Below are positions 1-11,072 of a DNA stretch of 64,000 bases, in pieces. A program made the position numbers and the translations under genes. How positions within the stretch are numbered: position 1 is the stretch's first letter; each line of letters opens with the position of its first letter. The DNA comes from Selaginella moellendorffii (Eukaryota > Plantae > Lycopodiophyta): contig NW_003314293.1 of NCBI RefSeq assembly GCF_000143415.4, positions 1,022,062 through 1,086,061 on the forward strand, written 5' to 3'. Under the pieces are notes generated by a model. The model saw only the letters and a list, made by a program, of their open reading frames with translations, did not search any database and was not told where the DNA came from.

Positions 1-2222
1 CAAGGTAGAGAGAAGAGTTGTGAATTTCATTGGGCAAAGAGTGTCAACGAACATTGCCGATGCATCAAATCTGACTTCCATCACGAGTTCAAGCAGCTTT
101 ATCGGGAATGGATGGATGCACCAATTAAAGAGGAGCACGAGGCAAAAGCAAATGAGATGCGCATATGGTGGCGTGAAGGAGACAAAGTGCCAATTGAACA
201 CCTTCCACAAATGGAGTGTTAGCTTGTTGTAAGCTCCTGAGTTTGGACTTCCCGGGAGGTCACCTAGCCCAGTACTATTCAAACCCAAGGACGCTTAACC
301 CCAAATATCCCAATACCCTTAACCAATTGGAAAAGGGGGTGCACTCTTGTTCATGGGCCCTTTCCCTCTATATTTGAACCCCATGGATCATCTCTCGAGT
401 CGTTCCCTTTGGTTGCTTACAATCCACCACGCTTTCCTGCAAGTTCACGCCCTCGTGAACGGAAGCTGAGAGCCGCAGCTCTCTCGAGAGCCCCGCTCTC
501 TTGACACCCTACCCCTCGGGTCGAGCCCAGCGGGAGGAAACTGGACCAGCCAGATGTCAATCAACATGTGGTGTGATTCCCTTAGCCAACCAACAAAGTT
601 GGACCCGAGACCGCTTCTCTAATACCAAATGTAAGCTCCTGAGTTTGGACTTCCCGGGAGGTCACCCAGCCCAGTACTATTCAAACCCAAGGACGCTTAA
701 CCCCAAATATCCCAAGACCCTTAACCGATTGGAAAAGGGGGTGCACTCTTGTTCATGGGCCCTTTCCCTCTATATTTGAACCCCATGGATCATCTCTCAA
801 GTCGTTCCCTTTGGTTGCTTACACTTGTATGGTGGGAAGTTCGAATGTTTCAATGGAGCCATTATATTCTCCATGTAAGTTTTCTCTAATTTTCTTTTTT
901 TGTCACATTCAAATGTTGCATTTTTCCTAGGATCAACCACTTGATGACATTGCACTTACACCAATAATTAATCTCTTTGAGAGCAAACATTGGAGTTGGA
1001 GAGCTTTTGAAGCAGGGAAAGGAAAAGTGTCCCTCTATGAAGCTACACTCTCCGACCTCACTAGATCTCTTGAGAAGTCATCAAAAGCTTTGGCTGCACA
1101 AGAAGCAAGGTTTGCTAGTACAGGTTCAAACTTAGACAAGCTTCGAGAGCGAGTTGGTAGAAGGACAACACCAGCAGCAAGGTCAATATCTAAGATGGTG
1201 GGGGAAGTTGTTACTGGAACTCCTATGGAATCAAGTTATGAACCACTTGGGGACATGAGGACAGCCCGTTTGAAACATCGACAGACATTTGATGGGCCCA
1301 ACACCACTCCTTCTAGCTCTCACCGTCCAAAGTTTGACTACCATTCTGTTCCACGACACCGAGAAGAACTAAGGAACATGGAGTGGAGGAGGTGCCAATT
1401 GTTACACAAGTAAATCCAGTGCCAGAGGTTGAGAAGATTATTGCTCGTGAGCCAGTTTCTCGTATCAACTGGGAAATTTGAAGAGTCAGTGCCAAGAGTA
1501 ATGCGCGTTGCTCTGGAATAATTGGGAGTCGAGGTCAGTGTCTTGCATTTGTGCGCTCAGGTTCAACTTCCTCAGCAGTACCATGTTTCTGGAGCTGTCG
1601 AGATCTAGGGGTAAAGGGCCGCCAGTCAAGTTGGATTTACTGTTGTGGGACTGATGTTACTCATACAAACCAGATCCACAGCTCAATTATCTCAAAGCCA
1701 GATTCTGTGCCAGAGGAGTGGCCAGTTAAGCGAAGCTGCAATATTTCAAAAGAAGAGATTGAAAGTCTGGAGAGAGCTGGTTTCAAGCTGAAGACTTCCT
1801 CAAATGTTGCTATTGATACTGCTATGCCACCAATGTCAACACTAGACCAGCATACACGACCAGCTAGAAATGGGAAGGCTGTACAATATAGGTCTTCCAT
1901 TTCAAAAGGTGCACAAGAGAAGATCAAGTTGGCAAAGGTGTTGAAATATACAATCACAAGGATAAACTACATCAGTGCCGTGGCTAAGGAGTTTGTTGTT
2001 GTGACTGAGTCATCAAAGGCTATGAGCTACACTATCAGAATCTGCAAAAATCCATCCTGTACCTATCCAGATTTTACACAGAGAGAGAACAAGGGAAAGG
2101 TATATTTAGCCTGCAAGCACATCTATTACATTTTTATGCAAGAACTAAACCAAGATCCTAAGGTTGACCATCACATCCATCAGGCAAGCCTTACAATTGC
2201 AGAGCTTGAGAAGTGTTTCTAG
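1..2222 (+). pseudogene. MULE transposase pseudogene with C-terminal SWIM zinc finger
   Basis: Frame 1 from base 1 reads KSCEFHWAKSVNEH (MULE CxxH motif). It continues across the Cassandra insertion as LVWWEVRMFQW, then a 56-nt GT-AG intron (875-930), then PIINLFESKH (third catalytic E region). ORF 1551-2222 has YTIRICKNPSCTYPDF...CKHIYYIF (degenerate SWIM). Stops and frameshifts are present. Confidence 0.75.
228..823 (-). mobile_element. Cassandra-type TRIM (non-autonomous LTR element with 5S rRNA-derived LTRs)
   Basis: 194-bp LTRs at 228-421 and 630-823 (TG...CA). 5-bp TSD CTTGT (223-227 / 824-828). Met-type PBS TGGTATTAGAG on the - strand just inside 630. The LTR - strand reads GTTAAGCGTCCTTGGG...TAGTACTGGGCTGGGTGACCTCCCGGGAAGTCC, matching the 5S rRNA internal promoter region. 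Confidence 0.93.
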
Positions 2223-2789
2223 ATCACTTTTGGTGTTCGGATCTTTATTTATATTTGTATTTTATTGATCAAATTTACTTGGAAATATAGATTAAATCAA
2301 AATTTGAAAAATGAAAAGATGTTGGTTCAGGACGAACCAATGTTTTCCTTGTGTTTGAAAACTCATGAGCTCAAAACCTACCTGGGCTCGTCTCTAAGTA
2401 GGAGAGATTATGCTCGTTAGAAGATGAATAAGGCCTGGTGACCCTTCGGTGTTAAACCATTGACAAATATTAGCTAACTGCCAAGGATAAAAAGGGTAAT
2501 ACATGCTAGTGTTACTTTATAAAATGGTTTATTGTTTGATGAGGACATTGAACTTCATCTATGGGTGGTGGAGTTATGAGCCCCAAAAGTGGAGCCAAAA
2601 GGGTGCCATGTGGTAGTGGCTGAAGTGGAAGCTAAACGAGAGTAACACGTTTAGACTAAAAACTCTGACTTGGACAGTCGAGAGTGGGAGTGGAACTCCC
2701 AACGAAGTGCTTGAGGAATGAGCATGAAGCAAGCAGTAAGTGAGTCTCTAGGAAAGGGATACAAAAGGGCCAACACATGGCACATGGAT

Positions 2790-3064
2790 AGAGTCTAAGA
2801 TGGAGTCCGAGATGGAGTCCGAAATGGAGTTTGAGATGGAGTCCGAGATGGAGTTTGAGATGGAGTCCGAGATGGACCCGAGATGGAGTTCGAGATGGAT
2901 CTGAGATGGAGTCTGAGATGGACTCGAGATGGAGTTTGAGATGGAGTCCGAGATGGACATGAAATGGAGTCCAAAATGGACCTGAGATGGAGTTTTAGAT
3001 GGAGTCTTAGATGGACCCAAGATGGAGTCTTAGATGGACCCAAGATGGAGTCCGAGATGGACCC
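2790..3064. repeat. 12-bp tandem repeat (GAGATGGAGTCC)n
   Basis: Directly visible degenerate tandem array; it explains the low-complexity ORFs at 2748-3043. Confidence 0.95.
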
Positions 3065-5477
3065 ATGTGTTGGGTGATGATATATCCACTAAGGAGTCCA
3101 AGGCTAGAGTGAATACGGATTGACAAGCAGGGTAGCTTGGTGAAGTGTTCAAGAGCCAGCCCTAATTCCTCTGAGAGATCAAACAATCGATACTCTAAGT
3201 CCAAGCGTGGGTGGCACTATCTACTTGGATACTTGGCGTGGCTTAACAAAACCTTGCTCTAGCCCCATAGCTAGAGCACCCAAAGGCAGAAGGTGGGGAG
3301 AGTACCCATGAGACTCATATAGAACCATGGTGCTTCGAAATGTTATCCCAAAGTCCTAGACTATGGAAAAGAAGAGGGGCAGTCCTCTGGTGTAGTGACC
3401 AAGGATATAGTCACATGGTGAAGAAGTCCCAAAGGATAGTGGGACTTAGTGGTCGAGCCAGTGGGTCTTGACCCAATAGCAATGTTGGTAAACATAGTCA
3501 TGGACCGAGAGGTATTTGGTGGGGACTGAAAAAAGGATATTTGGGAAGGCTATTCCCCATATCTGCAAGCATCCTAAGGATGCTAATGAGTGAATTTGAG
3601 ATGACCACTCATGGATGGATGACCTAGTCTTTGAGATACAAGATTGTGATGCAAGTGGTGTTGGACAACTAATGTGGCAAAAGTGAATGGGCATGGCCTT
3701 AGCGTAATGGGCTGATATGTTAGTGGTCCCTTTGGGTATCGGTTATGGGATCAGACACATGGAGCACTTGGACCAAGTGTAAAAGTTGAGTGGTAAAGAT
3801 GCCATTCTTGGGGCTAGCAAGCCCCAAGTCCAGAATAAAACTTATAATGCTCTATTTCATTAAAGTGGGATTTATTCAGTAAAATGGGACTAGGTACAAA
3901 TTTTCAAGTATTTGAAAATGACGTGAGATTATATGTTTTTTGTCCAGGGGCTAGACATATCTGGGGCATGGTGACTAGCTCGGTGACTTTGTGTCCAGAC
4001 TGAGTCCATCTGGTTGTATAATAAATCTCATTGTCAAGGTGAACAAGCCGAATCTGAAGCTAAAGAAGAGCGATGGCATGCGCGCACACATTATTTGTTT
4101 GTTCATTGAGCGTGTGGTGAGCTTTCCAAGATGAACGTCATTCCTATTAGCTAGACATATAACTTAATGGTGAGAACATTTAGATATTATTCAATGTTAT
4201 CTTTTTCTAACGAATCTAATTGTGAAGGTGTAGCAAGAGGCATTGCTAGTCTGGAGAAGTCATTTAACTCATTTGACCCTTAGTGTATTTTCATGAAACT
4301 AAATAACATTCATATTATTAAGGAATTTCTCTAGTACCTTTTTTTTACGACATAGAGGCTTGCATTTCTTTCAAAGGTGATTTAGTAAAAGGCCTGAGGG
4401 CACATGCCATTCTATTTCTCAGACCGGTATTAAGATATACTAGTGCAAAGGGAAAAAGGTATTTGGTGATCAAGTAAATGGCATGAGGGCACACGCCATT
4501 ATAAGCCTAAGCGCTAGTGGACACCTCCTTTTTGGTACTCTCAGCGGTACTATCATCCTTCTCCGGGTCAGTTGTTTTGCTTTGGATTGTTGTCTCTGAC
4601 ATTACTGGGGCGTTCTCGATAGTTGTTAATGTTGCCGTTTGTTCAGAAAAATGATCACCTGGAGTATAGTACGGGGAGTTTGGAAGACTTATATATTCTA
4701 CATCTTCACCTATCTCCTTCTCCGTCTCCTTTTCTGCCTCACTTACAGATTTTGTGCTTGCCATGAGAACGCTCTTCACCCTAAAATATGGAGTTCGTTG
4801 TGTTATAAAAGGAAATCAACACACACGCTGCAAGGGAATGATGGTACATAAAGCACGTAAGCCCACAATATGGGTTTATATGCCATTAATATAGGCCACA
4901 CGCCATATTATTAGATTTATGCACGTGTGATTGGTAAATGCATATGTCACATCATCTTTGTTTTACCTCACACACTATATCAGGCCTAATGAACCATATC
5001 ACATGTGCGCACATGCTATATATATGGAGAAGTATTATGCAAGGATAGAAAAATTCAATGCATGATTGTGGAGAGCAATGGCATGAAGCCACATGCTAAA
5101 TAACATTTTAGAGAAAGAATTAAAATAAAAACATGCAAACAGTACTGAGTGGACCAAGACTTAGAAGTGCACAATTGAATGAGGTATTTCTAATAAATAT
5201 TTCACTCACCTCATATAGGAATGGCTAACACTCTCAAATGGCGTATCGCCTCATTCCATCACCTCGCAATTTGTTATAACAATCCGATGAATTCATATTC
5301 GGCTTGTTCACCTTGAACTTTAAGTAAGATTTGCTAGAACAACTAAGAATTTATACTTGTTATTTGTATCATCTCACCTAGGAATGGCGTAAGGCCACAT
5401 GCCATCACGCCTCCTCTGATTCAGATTCGGATTGTTCACCTTGAAATAAAATACATTAGAAACTTAGTAAAGGAATA

Positions 5478-8471
5478 TTAATGAATCTCACCTTGAACCT
5501 GGGTTATGAATGCTCTTGCTGCATCTCTTGCATGGTCTGGCAAGGTGATGGTGGCACTCTGCTTCCGCATCCAACCATGCACAACATTATCCACCGATAT
5601 GCTCATGCTGGGATCCCTTGGATTCAGCACCCATCTCTTTTCTAGGCAATCCTTCGTATATCCGGAACTTGGCTTGAACCACTCCACAGTTACATTGAAG
5701 GAGTTAGTTTCCGCGTCCTCCTCTGCATCAGTGATGCAGCGCCCCACCCATATCATTTGTTTTTTATTACTGGGTCTGACAAGCACGACCATTCCTTTGC
5801 AGACCTGTACTGGATTGAATGCTGAATCCGGCTTCTTGTTCCTTGGCCCACAATAGTGATCATCAACATCGTTATCTGTCACTACATTTCCAGAGGACAT
5901 TGTTCCGCTACTATCTGGTGCTCTGGGTTCTGGCCAAAAGGACTCTTCCAATTCTTCATATACAACCGGCCCATTTTGGATAGCAGATATAATCTTCTCC
6001 CAGTATTCGATCAAAGGCTTGCACCTCTGAAAATAGGATTCTCCACCAAACACCAACCCCCTCTTCCAGAAGGCAATATGCTGTCTAATCCCGGCCACTA
6101 TACTTTCCTGGTCTTTGAGTCCATCTGGGTGCATCGGCCGTGGGGAACCCTGAGGAATCATAGGTTCCCCAGTTATGGGATCTCTCTTGAAGAGTTCAAT
6201 GCTGTCCACTGGCAGCCACACTGTGTCCCATTCTCTCATCTTGTATCCGTCCCTGATGTAGCCTCTTACAAACCCCTTAAAGTCTGGAACCTCTGTCACA
6301 AGTGCAGCTTCAACAGTGCCTTTGATGCAATTTTGGAATTCATCGTAGAGTTGTGAGAGGGTGAGGACATTGGATTGCCGGAGGGACTCTGCCAGGTGAC
6401 TGAACATGGCATCGACGTCTTCATGAGTGTGCCCAACCATGAGAAAGCCAAGTGTAACTGTTTCAAATATGCCTTTGGCAACAAGCATCGCCAAGTACGC
6501 GAAGACGTACATGTTTTTGTTCTCACTGCCAGCATTGTCTGTTTGGAGTAGAAGATGGGGTGGAAGGCCACATCGGCCGCAAGAACTTCCTTGAGATTCT
6601 GCTTCGTTTGGATGAGGCTGTGCATTCACCGGGCGACTAGCCTCGTCGGAATGGCATGAGGCCTCATGTGATAACCCTACAATCTGATGGCCAACATATT
6701 CACTGGGATGGCATGGGGCCCCACGCGATACTGCAAGCCTTTGCTCCTCCTCCAGCTAAACCCTATATGGGGTTCGATCGACAAGGGCCTTATGCAAGGG
6801 TTGGCTGTTCAGCTCAGTCTGAGCACTTTGCAGAGACCTTAAGTGTTTTGCTAGGGACGCAATCATCATGTTTGCACCCCCGCCACCCCATAGAGGTACA
6901 AAGAAGTTCCCATAGTTCTGGGCACCATGCCCATGAGCGATTATGCTAAACATAGACACAGGCAGCTGCATGGATGAAGAGATTGCCTTGGGGGCAGGAT
7001 TGAGTTGAGGTAAGCATGTCTTTTTTTGGTCCATTTTGTCGTGGATGATGCAGAGGTAAGAGTCAGGTCTCTCCATGGAGAGAATCCTGTTATGATAATA
7101 TGCAGTCCTGCAGCTTCTCTGCTCGATGTTGTGGTCGAGCCGCCTTCTAACCAACGTCTCTCGCTCTTGAGCGATGCAAGAATTCTTCGACAAAGCCATT
7201 TTGATAGCAGTGCACTCGTCACACTTTGAAAAGCTGGAGTACTTTCCTATACTCACATCCCTGAACCTATTGCTCCACAATCTACTAAATCTAGATTGGC
7301 TCAGCTTCCTGTAGCCATTACTCTGGAGTTCCCGATTCACATCTTCCAATATGGCCCCCTTGGTATACATGGAAGGGAGAACTCGTTGGGTGTCTCGAGT
7401 TCCATCTTCCAAGAGGCGGGTTTTATGTGGTTGCTGCTCGTTACATGTCTTGACAAACCTCTTGAAGATTGCCTCTCCATATACAACATGACCCCTGGTT
7501 TTGTGCGTACCGTCGTTCCCATGGACTGCCTGTTGAACCCTTTGTTCCTTGAACTCAGTTTTGATTCTGTAGAATGTGGTTCGAGGGACTCCATAAATGA
7601 TTCTCCATGCCTTCATGCAGACCAAACCCCTCTGGAAGACCATGCCCCCCACCTGATGTTCTGAAGCATCAACAGATGACCATAATGCCTCATACACAAA
7701 ATTGCGAGCTTCTTTCCAGGACAATGTCTTGTATCTTGCTCTCTCCTCTTCAATAGCATCCCAATCAGCATGTTGACAGCACCTCCTCTTGCAACAAGCA
7801 ACTGTCGAGACCATTCAAACCTCCATCGCCATTTTCTGCCTTTTCGGTTCATTGCTCAGATCCCTTTGGCTGCGCTTTAGGAAGGTGTACTTTCTTTTCC
7901 CATGAAGAGATGTTCTGTCATTAGTTGTAGTGGTGTTTGATTGTGAATCCTTCACATTCTCAAACACTAAGTGCCTCAATTTCCACCGCACAATGCTTCC
8001 AATAGTCAGACTGTTTTCTTCTGTGTCAACAACCTCTAAAATTGCAACTCCAATATCATCCGAGCCCAATTCTTGATTAGCAACCGCATCTCTTGGATCG
8101 ATGACTGTGGCTAAGCCCTCAGCTACCACCTCCCCCTCGGGGTTGTTTAGAAACACCTTTGCCTGAATCCATGTAGCACAGTTCTTAAGATCCACGGAGG
8201 GAACATGCGTTGCACTTGCGCTGTCCCCAACATCTGCTTTCTTCTGAAGATTTTTCAAGGCAACAACAACATTTACCCCGACGACCATCTCTCCTCGTTC
8301 AATAGCGACCACATTCCCATCGAAGACAGTCTCTACTGATACAGCAGCATTGCCTTCCCCAAGCCTTTGACAGTGTATAACAAAGTTCCGATCCATAGAC
8401 ACAAGGGTCGCTTTTGCAACTCTCTTCCCACCATTCAAAATGTAAACCTTTTCCCCAACCCTAAAGGCCAT
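5478..8471 (-). pseudogene. DDD transposase, Sola-like/DUF7869-type, ~997 codons with two in-frame stops
   Basis: ORFs 7815-8471, 6756-7814 and 5478-6629 are one frame broken by TGA (7815-7817) and TAG (6756-6758). Motifs: CCKRRCC, VCMKAWRIIYGV, FSKCDEC..H, IIHDKMDQKKTCLP, LLLQTDNAGSENKN, FLMVGHTHEDVDAMFS (D-D-D triad). A splice acceptor (TTCTGCACTTTCAG) lies one base before the ATG. Confidence 0.82.
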
Positions 8472-8817
8472 TCTGAAAGTGCAGAAAAGAAGTTAAGACC
8501 ATACAAAAAATGATTGGAGAATGGCCTAAATCATAACATACCAAAAAACCTCAATAGCATGAGGCCACATGCCATTATTCAAACATGCTATTGACACCCA
8601 CGTGAAATTTCGCATTCACAAAATTGGCATGAGGCCTCATGCCATCTTGATATACACACAGCTGCAGGCAAGTAAAAACATACATGACAATACGCTAGCC
8701 ATGAAATTGCAAGGGCCCAAGATGGCATGTGGCCTCATGCCATTTCTAAATGTGGTCCTAAGCCATTCCATGGTGAACATACCAGGAAGCACAAGTGCCG
8801 AATATCAAGAGGAAGCG

Positions 8818-8960
8818 GTAGCCACACCAAAGACAGTGCCGCTCGCAACACCGCAACTACTCGTAGCGCCGCTCGCAACACCGCAACTGCTCGTAGCGCC
8901 GCTCGCACAAACTGCCACTCGCATAAACTGCCGCTCGCAATGCCGCAACCGCTCGTAGAC
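8818..8960. repeat. CpG-rich ~30-bp tandem repeat upstream of the transposase
   Basis: GCCGCTCGCAACACCGCAACTRCTCGTAGC occurs twice, followed by degenerate units. Confidence 0.85.
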
Positions 8961-9079
8961 GCATAAACCACAACTCACAACGCCGCTTACACAAGCAGCG
9001 CTCACTGCGCTCAGCGGAACCAAGAACACGGCGCACAAAAATGATAGACCTAGGAATGAGTTCGAGAATTCAAAAATAA

Positions 9080-11006
9080 CACACGCTTGAACGTCACATC
9101 AAATCCTCTAACAAACCAGATCTTATGATTCCTCTGACAAATTTCAAACTGAGTAGCTTCTAGACTTTGCTGTCGGAGGTTGAACTTTGTCACATCATGT
9201 CCTTGCCTCGATCGAGTTGTGCCATATCAGTGATTCGAACTTTGCCATGCCATGTCAGCGATCCACGCCAAGATTATTCGCCGTGTAAAGGAATAATTAT
9301 GCTCTGTGTGTACGTCCATTTATGGCAATATAAGGCCACACACCATTCAAAGAATAATGCTAGTCGAGCATTTTTTGGTGCATTTTTGGGTTCAAAATTG
9401 CATGAGCCCACACGCTATAAAGTTTACCTGTACCAAAAATAGAAACAGCTTTATTTACTTGGGAATTTAAGTGGTTGAGGCATTTTTAAACTTACAAACA
9501 CATGCCCTACTTACATTCCTTTGGTTGCTTAAAATTCAAAAATATTATAAACCTTTCTTTTTGCATTTTCAATGTTTTCAATTATGGTTTTTGATTTTCG
9601 TAGGACCAGCCTAGTAATCTATTTGCATCCCGTCATGTTTATAGCTAGCTTTCGTTTGTCCCCTTCGCTAGCCTGAGATACATGTGCTCGGCATCTGCCT
9701 CTTACAGCATTTGCCCAGAAAGGGCATCTTTCTTCACGCAGCATTTGCCACATGTTTAGGGTTTAGGGTTTAGCAATTCAGTAGCTTGATAAACATGCAA
9801 ATACAGAACTTGATGCAAAATCTTTTGATATGTCACAATGCCCCTAGGACCATAAACACATTTCAATAGAGAGGGTCCTTTCATTTCATAACTCCTTACG
9901 TAGATCTTGGTGAAACCAGAGTTAGTGAAGTTGGTTTCTTGTGATCCCGCATCTGATTGTGATGTCCCTTTGCAGTGTCGATGGAAAGGTCAATGCACAC
10001 CAAACTGTAGAATCTTGGAGCAAAATAACGGTCGGATCTATGGCAAATGCCCCTGAAACATTGTAAGGCTCATGTGGTCTCATGTGGTGTCCGATCGAGA
10101 TGCTTCTTTCCAGGGTCATCAAGAAAGACATTGTATACCATTCTGTAAAATTTAGTTGCGATCTAACGGTTGGATCTCCAGAAAACTCAAAAAAATCAAC
10201 TGCGTGTCAGAATATTCTAGGAATATACTCCTATGTGCCCTTGAAAATGGCATGCGGCCCCACGCCATTCAAGAGATAACGCCAGATGACGCCGAGCATT
10301 TTTTGGTGTATTTTTTGGGATCAAAATTGCATGAGCCCACACGCTTGAATGTCACATCAAATCCTCTGACAAACCAGATCTTATAATTCCTCTGACAAAT
10401 TTCAAACTGAGTAGCTTCTAGACTTTGCTGTCGGACGTTGAACTTTGTCACATCATGTCCTTGCCTCGATCCAGCTGTGCCATGTCAGTGATTCGAACTT
10501 TGCCATGCTATGTCAGTGATCCGCGCCAAGATTATTTGCCGTGTAACTGCTCGGCATCTGCCTCTTACAGCATTTGCCCAGAAAGGGCATCTTTCTTCAC
10601 GCAGCATTTGCCACATGTTTAGGGTTTAGGGTTTAGCAATTCAGTAGCTTGATAAACATGCAAATACAGAACTTGATGCAAAATCCTTTGATATGTCACA
10701 ATGCCCCTAGGACCATAAACACATTTCAATAGAGAGGGTCCTTTCATTTCATAACTCCTTACGTAGATCTTGGTGAAACCAGAGTTAGTGAAGTTGGTTT
10801 CTTATGATCCCGCATCTGATTATGATGTCCCTTTGCAGTGTCGATGGAAAGGTCAATGCACACCAAACTGTAGAATCTTGGAGCAAAATAACGGTCGGAT
10901 CTATGGCAAATGCCCCTGAAATATTGTAAGGCTCGTGTGGTCTCATGTGGTGTCCGATCAAGATGCTTCTTTGCAGGGTCATCAAGAAGGACATTGTATA
11001 CCATTC
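9080..11006. repeat. Internal direct duplications in the intergenic spacer of the transposon
   Basis: About 9080-9290 matches about 10338-10547, and about 9686-10143 matches about 10548-11006. The second pair each carry TTTAGGGTTTAGGGTTTAG (9755-9773, 10618-10636). Confidence 0.85.
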
Positions 11007-11072
11007 TTTATTTAGTTGAACATCTGGCATTTTTGGAAATACAAGATGCTTTGGAATATCCAATCACCCATA

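Larger units (their letters stand above)
1..2389 (+). mobile_element. Mutator-like (MULE) DNA transposon, 3' part, ending at terminus ...AAAACCTACCTGGGCTC
   Basis: Contains a MULE transposase relic. 2227-2389 matches the reverse complement of 60554-60735, and similarity stops at 2389/60554, defining a shared terminus (5'-GAGCC..GGTAGGTTTTGAGCTC). Confidence 0.75.

Noticed and set aside
245-701. 5S rRNA genes
   Set aside because: Only ~55 bp of the internal promoter region is present, embedded in Cassandra LTRs.
8569-9038. ORFs over the GC-rich repeat, and similar ones at 47893-48440
   Set aside because: Open frames are expected in GC-rich repeats; these look like promoter, UTR or intron DNA.
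9755-10636. Chromosome end or interstitial telomere
   Set aside because: Fewer than three units each, internal to a transposon spacer.
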